A stretch of DNA of 64,000 nt, taken from assembly GCA_040218735.1 (NCBI GenBank), contig JAVJQW010000046.1, positions 128,001-192,000 on the forward strand, given 5' to 3'. The stretch comes from Deltaproteobacteria bacterium. GTDB lineage: Bacteria > Myxococcota > Kuafuiibacteriia > Kuafuiibacteriales > Kuafuiibacteriaceae. The notes under the pieces were generated by a model. That model made no database searches, was not told the origin of the DNA, and saw only the letters and a program-made list of their open reading frames with translations. A program made the translations under genes and the position numbers. This document shows positions 57,084 to 64,000 of the stretch, piece after piece; position 1 is the first letter of the stretch; each line of letters opens with the position of its first letter.

Positions 57084-60023
57084 GTGAGACCCGTTTCGAT
57101 CGTCGGATCCGGCGCCCGGATCGTCACCGTCTGTATCGTCCTGGCCCCCAGCGCCGCCGTCGCCAAGGGGGGGACCGGCCCCGCCCAGCCGGCACCGTCC
57201 GGTCGCCTCGCGCCCCAGGCGGCGTCGCAGATCGGGGTGCGGCAGTGCCCGGCGCCGGCGCGCTCGGACTGCGAGAGCCTGAGCTACGCGCTGTCCCCGT
57301 GCGGCGAGCAGGAGTCTCGGCGCGCGACAGGGCGGGTCGGGTTCGGCGCCTGCTTCGAGCGGTGCGCGGAGGTGACCCCGACGATCGCGCAGTGTCAGGA
57401 CGAAGCCTGGCTGAACTCGATCTGCGGTCGGCTCGAGCGGCAGCGCATGGACCTGGAGCCGGTCGCGAGCGGAGTTCACCCTTCGGTGTGTTTCCAGCTG
57501 CTGTCGACGCTCGGTGACGCGGTCTTCATGGGCACCGCGAGCGCGACCGCGATGGTCCCGCCCGAGGTCGACTGCGACGGGTGCGTCACGCCCAACAACA
57601 CACCGCTGAGCCTGACGCCCGCGCGCCGCCTCGACGACGACCGCTCGGATTACACCATCGAGCCCCCGACGTCGAACTACTACGGCCGGCTCGCCGAGGA
57701 CTTCACGCACTTGTCGAAGGCGCCGGGCAGCGACCCGCACCAGAACCGCTTCACGATGCAGAGGCAGACCTGGGCGAGCAACGGTCCGACCGTGCTGTCC
57801 TGCGCGGAGTACGTCTACGAGAAGTACTACAACTTCAACGCCTACCTGGATCGCGCGGCGGCGGTCGCGCCCGATCACCGCGCGATGTTCGACATCGCCT
57901 ACGCGTTGGATCGCAACGGCGGCCCCGAGCCGTGGGCGATCGGGGAGCGCGGGGTGCTCGGTCTCCCGGTGCAGCACTTCGACAGCGCAGTCGCGACGAC
58001 GCCGCAGGTCGAGCTGCCGTCGGAGCTGCAGGGGCGCAACGTCTTCTTCGACGCGGTCTACATGCTCGACGCGGAGCGCGCCGACTTCCGAGAGCAGTTC
58101 GATGCCGGCGAGCTGCAGACGTCGCGACCGGTCGGCTACGGCATCTTCCTCTTCGACGACGACCTGCAACAGCGCATGCGCGCCGGCGCCCAGACGCGCA
58201 ACCGCGTCGTGAAGAGCTTCGCGTACCACAAGATGATGGGCGCGGCGCTGACGCCGAGCCTGATCGAGCCGCAGTTCAGGCTCTACGAAGGCGCGCGCCG
58301 ACGTTTCGCCGATCTGGTTCGTCGACACCAGCTGATCTGGATCGCGTACTTCGAGTGGCTCACGCAGTTCACCGACGACGTCGACCAAGCCATCCCGGAG
58401 GTCCAGGTGTTCTTCGATCCGGCGGGGAACCTGATCGACCCCGCGCCGTTCATCGGCAGCCCGGTCGCGAAGGTCCTGGACGGGGCGCGTGAGTTCAAGA
58501 GCCAGCGTCGGCAGGCCCACGGCCTCCGCACCTCGACGACGAACCAGCGCCCGCAACTCATCTTGCCGGCGCGTCGTCCGGCTGCGTTCTCTGCGCAGTT
58601 CTCTGCCGCGGGCCCGGGCGGACTCTCCGGCCACCCTGGGTTCTCGCCCCTCGTCCAGCAGACGATCGACGAGACCCTCACCAGCCTCACGCCCTACGAG
58701 AGCTGCAACACCTGGGTCTGTTTCCTGGAGGCGATCGCCCAGACCGAAGCGCTGATCGAGGAGGCGCTCGTCGCCGCGCGCGACCTCGGCTGCCTCGACG
58801 TCGGGAGCCCCCCGCACCCTTGCGACTGGAGCCCGCTCGACTTCGTCGAGGCGCTCGGCGATCCCTACGAGACGGTCCGCGAGCCCGAGTTCCGCGCGTG
58901 CGTCGAGAAGACGCCGGGCGAGACGCCGTTCGCCCGACTTCAGCAGGCGGACTTCAGCTACGGCAACGGGCAGGTCCCCTCGTGGGATGGGCAGCCGTGC
59001 GTCGCGGGGGACTACACCGTCTCGATCCCCATGGTAGAGCGCTACTTCGACTGCCGCGTCGAGTGGGTGAAGGCGGTCCTCCTCGAGCTCCAGAGCCAGC
59101 TCGACGAACCCGATCTCTTCGAGCCCGGTCCGCCGGCGCAGCTCGTCGTCGGCAAGCAGGACAGCGACCACAACCGCGTCGGCAACGACATGTTCGGCGC
59201 GCAGCTCGACTACGACATCGGCTGGACGCTCCCCGGCACGAGCCTGCCGGCGCCAGGGACCGGAGACTACTGCGGCCTCCAACCTTCGGCGCGGGCCAGC
59301 ATGTCGGCGCGCGGGCGGGCGCTGTTCCTCGAGAAGCAGCTGGTCGAAGCCAGCGCGGAGGTATCACTCGCGCCCGGCGAGCCGAGCTCCGCGTTCCTGG
59401 AGGTCGCGGGCCAGGAGATCTTCCACCCCGACCCGGTGCAGTTCTCGGCGGCGGCCTTCAACCCCGTGCTCGAGGCGCAGGAAGATCTCTCGGAGGACAT
59501 CGTGAAGGCGAGCGCCACGATCACGGTGGTGTTCATTCCGGTGAAGATCGCGGGCGGCATCGCGGGGCGCATCTCGGCGGGGGCGTCGGTGGCGGCGGGC
59601 GCGCAGAAGGGTTCGTCGTGCGCGAACGGTGACCTCGGCCTCGTCGCGGAGTTCGCGCCGGCCACCGCGCTCGACGCGTTTGCGTCGGCGAGCATCGACG
59701 CGGTGATCGTCGAGGCGGGTGTGCAGATCACGCTCACGATCATCTCGCTCGAGCTCCCGCTGTCGACGAGCCTGCGCTTCGACGGCGTGGGCGCGGGCGC
59801 GACGCAGGACTCGAGACTCACCGCGAACGCCTCGCTCGACTTCGTGCTGCGGATGCTGTCGGGGCGCGTGAGCGCGTTCGTCGAGGTTTGTTACATCATC
59901 GACTGCGAGCGCGCCGAGGCCACGCTCTTCTCGTGGGGCGGCCCCACACTCACCGAGAACATCTTCGACGTCGCCTTCGAGGTCCCCGTCGAAGCCATGT
60001 CGATTCTGCAGGACGACCTGTGA
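57084..60023 (+). CDS. Large secreted Cys-rich protein with C-terminal open beta-sheet resembling the vitellogenin/MTP lipid-binding sheet
   Basis: Signal peptide; last ~270 aa are long amphipathic strands including AFLEVAGQEIF and VVFIPVKI.GG..G. Confidence 0.7.
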   Translation: MRPVSIVGSGARIVTVCIVLAPSAAVAKGGTGPAQPAPSGRLAPQAASQIGVRQCPAPARSDCESLSYALSPCGEQESRRATGRVGFGACFERCAEVTPTIAQCQDEAWLNSICGRLERQRMDLEPVASGVHPSVCFQLLSTLGDAVFMGTASATAMVPPEVDCDGCVTPNNTPLSLTPARRLDDDRSDYTIEPPTSNYYGRLAEDFTHLSKAPGSDPHQNRFTMQRQTWASNGPTVLSCAEYVYEKYYNFNAYLDRAAAVAPDHRAMFDIAYALDRNGGPEPWAIGERGVLGLPVQHFDSAVATTPQVELPSELQGRNVFFDAVYMLDAERADFREQFDAGELQTSRPVGYGIFLFDDDLQQRMRAGAQTRNRVVKSFAYHKMMGAALTPSLIEPQFRLYEGARRRFADLVRRHQLIWIAYFEWLTQFTDDVDQAIPEVQVFFDPAGNLIDPAPFIGSPVAKVLDGAREFKSQRRQAHGLRTSTTNQRPQLILPARRPAAFSAQFSAAGPGGLSGHPGFSPLVQQTIDETLTSLTPYESCNTWVCFLEAIAQTEALIEEALVAARDLGCLDVGSPPHPCDWSPLDFVEALGDPYETVREPEFRACVEKTPGETPFARLQQADFSYGNGQVPSWDGQPCVAGDYTVSIPMVERYFDCRVEWVKAVLLELQSQLDEPDLFEPGPPAQLVVGKQDSDHNRVGNDMFGAQLDYDIGWTLPGTSLPAPGTGDYCGLQPSARASMSARGRALFLEKQLVEASAEVSLAPGEPSSAFLEVAGQEIFHPDPVQFSAAAFNPVLEAQEDLSEDIVKASATITVVFIPVKIAGGIAGRISAGASVAAGAQKGSSCANGDLGLVAEFAPATALDAFASASIDAVIVEAGVQITLTIISLELPLSTSLRFDGVGAGATQDSRLTANASLDFVLRMLSGRVSAFVEVCYIIDCERAEATLFSWGGPTLTENIFDVAFEVPVEAMSILQDDL

Positions 60024-60034
60024 GGAGGCCCCTC

Positions 60035-61798
60035 GTGAAGAACGTCTACGTGCTCTCGATCATCGGCGTGGGTCTGCTGTCCGCGCTGTGGTTGTGGCGT
60101 CCATCCACGTCCCAGAGTCCCGACGCCGTCGATCAAGACGCGCGTCACTACCGACTCGCGCTCACGGTGCGCGACGAGACGCGCCTCCCCGTCGCGGAGG
60201 GTGCGGCGGTTCCGGTCACCGCGGAGGTGCACCTGCAGACGGATCTGTTGGTCACCGTGCCGACGCCTCGGACGCGCGGATTGCGTTTCGTTCGCGTCGA
60301 CGCCGCGACGCTCGCGGTGGGGGACGACGGCCGGAGCGGCTCCCTCGCTTCCGCGGTGGAGGGCCTCGACGCGCTCGTCGTGTTGCGCGACGACGGCACC
60401 GTCGCCGGCATTCGTGTCCCCGAGCGCACCGAGCTGGTCGCCGAGCGGCTCGTGAAGCTCGTGGCGAGCGAGCTGGTGTGGACGCGGCCCGCGAAGGGCG
60501 TCACCCACGAGCGGACCCGTCTCGGCGAGGTCGAGTCGAGCTACGCGATCGACGCTCGGACCTTTGTGCGCACCCGGCGCGGGGTTCGGTCTTGGGCGGC
60601 GTTCGACGGACTCGGCGTTCGAGGGCTGCGCGCGGAGCTCACCGGAGGCGCACGCGGCGCCATCGTCGAAGACGACATGATCACGACGCTCGAAGTCGAC
60701 GAGCGGGTCGTCGCCTACCGGAAGAACGAACGTCTCCTGCAGGCGCAGACGAGGCTCGACCTCGAGCTGCTGGGCCGCGTCGCCGCGCCCTCCGCAGCCC
60801 GGCTCGGCCCGCTGCGCTCCCTCGTCGATCACCCGGTCAGCGTTCACGCGGAGGCGCGCGCGCAGGACGCACGCATCGCGGGCCTCACCGCCGATGCGCT
60901 CTGGTCCGCGCTCGACCGAACGGGGGCGTCCGGCGAGTTTGCCGACCACGCGCGAATGCTCGTGCGCGCGACCGCGCTGCTCCGGAAGCAACCCGCGCTC
61001 GTCGACCAGGTCGGCGCGAGGTTCCGGGAGCCGGCGACATCGGACGCGGAGCGCACGCTCCTGCTCGATCTGCTCGTGGGTGCGGGGACGCCCGCGGCGC
61101 AAGCCGCGTTGACGGAGCTCCTGGACGAGCCGCTGGTGCGCACCCACCCCGAGCGCCACCTCTGGGACCAGCGCGTCTCACTCATCGGCGCGCCGACGCC
61201 CGCGACCGTCACCTATGCCTCCGCCGCCTTCGCGCGACGCTCCGGGGTCGACGGAACGACCGCCGCGTACGTGCTCGGCGCGGTGGCGAGTCACCTGCCG
61301 GATCGCCGCGCTGCAGCCGCGCCGATCGTCGAGCGGCTCAAAGCGGCGCGGGAACCGTTCGAGCGCGCGCACCTCATCTCGGCGCTCGGCAACGCGGGCG
61401 GGGACGCGTTCGTCGGGTCCATCGCGGCGTACGCCGACGCCGGCGAGCCCGAGGTCCGCCTCGCGGTGGCCAAGGCGCTGCGCAAGACCGACGTCGAGGA
61501 TGCACGCGCCACGCTCGTGCGCCTCAGCGCGGACCGGAGCGCGGTCGTCCAGCGCCGCGCGCTGCTGTCGTTGAGCCGCATGTCGACGTTGTCACCGGCC
61601 GAGCTCGACGCGCTCGGTGCGGCGGTGCGGACGGCGGCAGTCGCTCAGACGAGCCTCGGCGCGCTCGTGAACCTGCTTGCGGCGCAGCCGTGCTCTTCGC
61701 GGCGCGACGCGGTCCTGCGGGCGGTGCGTGCGCAGCCCAAGGAGGGCGGGGCGGTCATCGACGCGCGGACGCGCGCCCTCGAAGCGCGGTGCGGCTGA
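60035..61798 (+). CDS. Membrane-anchored beta-barrel + HEAT-repeat protein, Vitellogenin_N-like
   Basis: AGGAGG RBS overlapping the previous stop; N-terminal TM; beta-rich half, then LLDLLVGAGTPAAQ..L and ALGNAG helical repeats. Confidence 0.75.
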   Translation: MKNVYVLSIIGVGLLSALWLWRPSTSQSPDAVDQDARHYRLALTVRDETRLPVAEGAAVPVTAEVHLQTDLLVTVPTPRTRGLRFVRVDAATLAVGDDGRSGSLASAVEGLDALVVLRDDGTVAGIRVPERTELVAERLVKLVASELVWTRPAKGVTHERTRLGEVESSYAIDARTFVRTRRGVRSWAAFDGLGVRGLRAELTGGARGAIVEDDMITTLEVDERVVAYRKNERLLQAQTRLDLELLGRVAAPSAARLGPLRSLVDHPVSVHAEARAQDARIAGLTADALWSALDRTGASGEFADHARMLVRATALLRKQPALVDQVGARFREPATSDAERTLLLDLLVGAGTPAAQAALTELLDEPLVRTHPERHLWDQRVSLIGAPTPATVTYASAAFARRSGVDGTTAAYVLGAVASHLPDRRAAAAPIVERLKAAREPFERAHLISALGNAGGDAFVGSIAAYADAGEPEVRLAVAKALRKTDVEDARATLVRLSADRSAVVQRRALLSLSRMSTLSPAELDALGAAVRTAAVAQTSLGALVNLLAAQPCSSRRDAVLRAVRAQPKEGGAVIDARTRALEARCG

Positions 61799-61823
61799 TG
61801 CGGCCGGGACGGGAGCACTGAAC

Positions 61824-64000
61824 ATGTGGATCTTGTTGTTGGGGGCGGCGATCGCGTCGCCCGGGTCGGGAGCCTTCGAGGCCAACGTGGGGCAGGCGCC
61901 CGCCGCGGTGAGTCACCTGGTCCGCGGCGATCGGGAGGTCGCGTTCGTGACCGAGGACGGGTTCGTGCTCTCGGTACCGACGCCGGATTCCGTGGTGAGC
62001 CTCCGCGGCCGCTGGCGGGGGGCGTCGAGGTCTCGCGCGAAGGGAGCGGAGCCTCTGCAAGGTGCCTTGCATTACTTCCTCGACGGCCCCGAGGGTCGGC
62101 GCGCAGCGCGGTACCGCCGCCTCGAGGCCGCCAATATGTATCCCGGGATCGATCTCGGCTACGGCCTCGGGGACACGCTGCGCTTCGGTTTCGAGCTCAC
62201 ACCGGGCGCGGACGCGGCGAGGATTCGGCTCGGCTTCGACGGGGAGGTCGTGCTGCGCATCGAGCCGCGGAACGCGTGGATCGACGTCGTCGACCCGCGG
62301 TCCAATCGTGTCGTGATGACCGTCCAGCTGTCGGGTCTACGCGCGTGGCAGGAGGGGGCGGGCCGCCGGGATGAGGTCGACGTCCGCTTCGTACGACGGG
62401 GCGACGCGCTCGGGTTCACGCTGGGACCGCACGACGCGAGACGCGCCGTGTATATCGATCCCGACATCACCTTCGCGAGTTACATCGGCGGCGCGAACTT
62501 CGACGAAGGCCGCGACGTCGCGGTGGACGCCGCAGGTTTTGTGTACGTCACGGGCGCCAGCCTCGACCCCGGAGCGATGTTCCCGACCACGTCCGGCGCG
62601 GTTCAACCCATGCCGTCGGGCGCCATCGACGCCTTCGTGTTGAAGGTCGACCCGTCGCAGACGGGTGCCAACGCGCTCGTCTACGGATCGTTCATCGGCG
62701 GCGCCAGCGACGACCAATCGAACGGCATCGCCGTCGACGCCAACGGCCGCGCTGCGATCGGCGGTACGACCTGGTACGGAACCGGCAACGCCTTCCCCAC
62801 GACCGCGAACGCCTACTCGCAGACGCCCGGCTCGTCCTTCGTCACCATGCTGAACGCAGCCGGCTCGCAGCTCGTCTACTCGACCTTCTTCGGGGGAACG
62901 ACGACGAGTGTGGCCGCGGTCGCGATCGATCCCGCCGGCGATGTCATCGCGGTGGGCGTCACCGACGGCACCACCGCCATCCCGCAGGTCAACGCCATGA
63001 CCGTGCCCGGGCAGAGGAGCGCGTTCGTCGTGAAGTTCGACGTCGCGGGCGTGCAGGCCTCCAGCGTGGTGTACGGGACGCGCTTCGACGCCAACAGCGC
63101 GCTGGGCGTCGAGGCGGACGCAACGGGGATCTACCTCCTCGGTCAGACGGCGGGCCTCGGTCTCAACCCCACGCCGGGCGCGGCGCAGACCACAGCGGGC
63201 GGAGGCTTCGACTACTTCGTCGCCAAGCTGGACCCGGCGCAGGCCGGCAGCGCCGCCATCGTCTACACGACCTACGTGGGAGGCACGACCACGGATGGCG
63301 GAGCGATCTACTACGATGGCATCGCCATCGACCCGAGCGGCGCGGTCTACGTGACCGGGGTGACCGGGGGCGGCTTCCCGACGACCCCGGGGGCGCTCGC
63401 CACGACGGCACCCGGCGGAGGCGAGGGGTTCGTCACGAAGATCGCTCCGAGCGGCGGCTCCTTCGTGTACTCCACGTACCTCGGCGCCACCGGCAACGAC
63501 GGCGGCTATGACATCGCCGTCGACGCGATGGGCCGCGCGTACGTCGCGGGCTTCGGCGACGGCGTACCGGTGACGGGGTGCGGGGCGACGTCGCCCGGGG
63601 GTGGTTTCGTCCTCCAGCTCGACGCGCAAGGGAGCGCCGTCGTGCAGGCCAGCTACCTGGCACCGGGCGCGAACCTCCGACCCTACGCGCTCGCTCTCGG
63701 GCCCACCGGGAACGCCTACGTGGTCGGCTCCATCGGTCCTCCGCTGGTGCTTTCGACCCCGGGCGGTTTCCAGACGGTGCAGGCCGGGCTCGACGCCTTC
63801 GTCGCCGAGCTATCGCCCTCCGGCGCTTGCGCCGACCTCGCGGTCTCGATCACCGCCTCGCCGAACCCGGTGTCGGGAGGCGCCGCCGCTCAGTTGCAGG
63901 CCAGCTTGCAGAACCTCGGTAGCGACGACGTCGCGCAGGCCGACCTCTCGGTCTTCGTGCCGCCCGAGCTCACGGTCTTGGGCATCACGCCCTCTGTGTG
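61824..64000 (+). CDS. SBBP beta-propeller repeat surface protein with DUF11-like Ig domain (3' truncated)
   Basis: Manual translation: FEANVGQ, YPGID, PGAD, YIDP; repeated YxGG..D....IAVD..G..YVTG and FPTT.GA; DLAVSITASPNPV. Confidence 0.85.
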   Translation, partial: MWILLLGAAIASPGSGAFEANVGQAPAAVSHLVRGDREVAFVTEDGFVLSVPTPDSVVSLRGRWRGASRSRAKGAEPLQGALHYFLDGPEGRRAARYRRLEAANMYPGIDLGYGLGDTLRFGFELTPGADAARIRLGFDGEVVLRIEPRNAWIDVVDPRSNRVVMTVQLSGLRAWQEGAGRRDEVDVRFVRRGDALGFTLGPHDARRAVYIDPDITFASYIGGANFDEGRDVAVDAAGFVYVTGASLDPGAMFPTTSGAVQPMPSGAIDAFVLKVDPSQTGANALVYGSFIGGASDDQSNGIAVDANGRAAIGGTTWYGTGNAFPTTANAYSQTPGSSFVTMLNAAGSQLVYSTFFGGTTTSVAAVAIDPAGDVIAVGVTDGTTAIPQVNAMTVPGQRSAFVVKFDVAGVQASSVVYGTRFDANSALGVEADATGIYLLGQTAGLGLNPTPGAAQTTAGGGFDYFVAKLDPAQAGSAAIVYTTYVGGTTTDGGAIYYDGIAIDPSGAVYVTGVTGGGFPTTPGALATTAPGGGEGFVTKIAPSGGSFVYSTYLGATGNDGGYDIAVDAMGRAYVAGFGDGVPVTGCGATSPGGGFVLQLDAQGSAVVQASYLAPGANLRPYALALGPTGNAYVVGSIGPPLVLSTPGGFQTVQAGLDAFVAELSPSGACADLAVSITASPNPVSGGAAAQLQASLQNLGSDDVAQADLSVFVPPELTVLGITPSV

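Noticed and set aside
62480-63830. Repetitive GTCGCGGTGGAC/ATCGCCGTCGAC-type DNA
   Set aside because: Degenerate SBBP beta-propeller protein repeats

Overview
High-GC bacterial chromosomal window, probably Myxococcota (MYXO-CTERM-like sorting signal, many lipoproteins, Ser/Thr kinases, ECF sigma factors); the taxonomy is inferred. It holds about 50 CDS. Housekeeping genes: queA-tgt, a RluA-family synthase, cydAB, a solitary atpA and a solitary nuoJK pair. There are three ECF sigma loci. Main candidates for new biology: (1) a coupled gene pair at 57084-61798 that looks like a split bacterial large lipid transfer protein (vitellogenin/MTP-like), divergent from an ECF sigma + kinase-STAND-TPR regulator; (2) an operon of exported TPR-CHAT protease, zf-HC2 anti-sigma, S8 lipoprotein and ECF sigma, next to two secreted target-like genes whose RBS is masked by a hairpin; (3) an unannotated ACG-initiated ORF with a signal peptide and a C-terminal RAPP motif, a candidate ribosome-arrest leader; (4) a GH13 amylase fused through an internal MYXO-CTERM to a second lipoprotein; (5) a promoter-driven structured ~630-nt non-coding region ahead of a HEAT-metallopeptidase-VWA protein. 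Many genes look leaderless. No tRNA, rRNA, CRISPR array or IS was seen. All calls come from manual motif reading; no searches were run.
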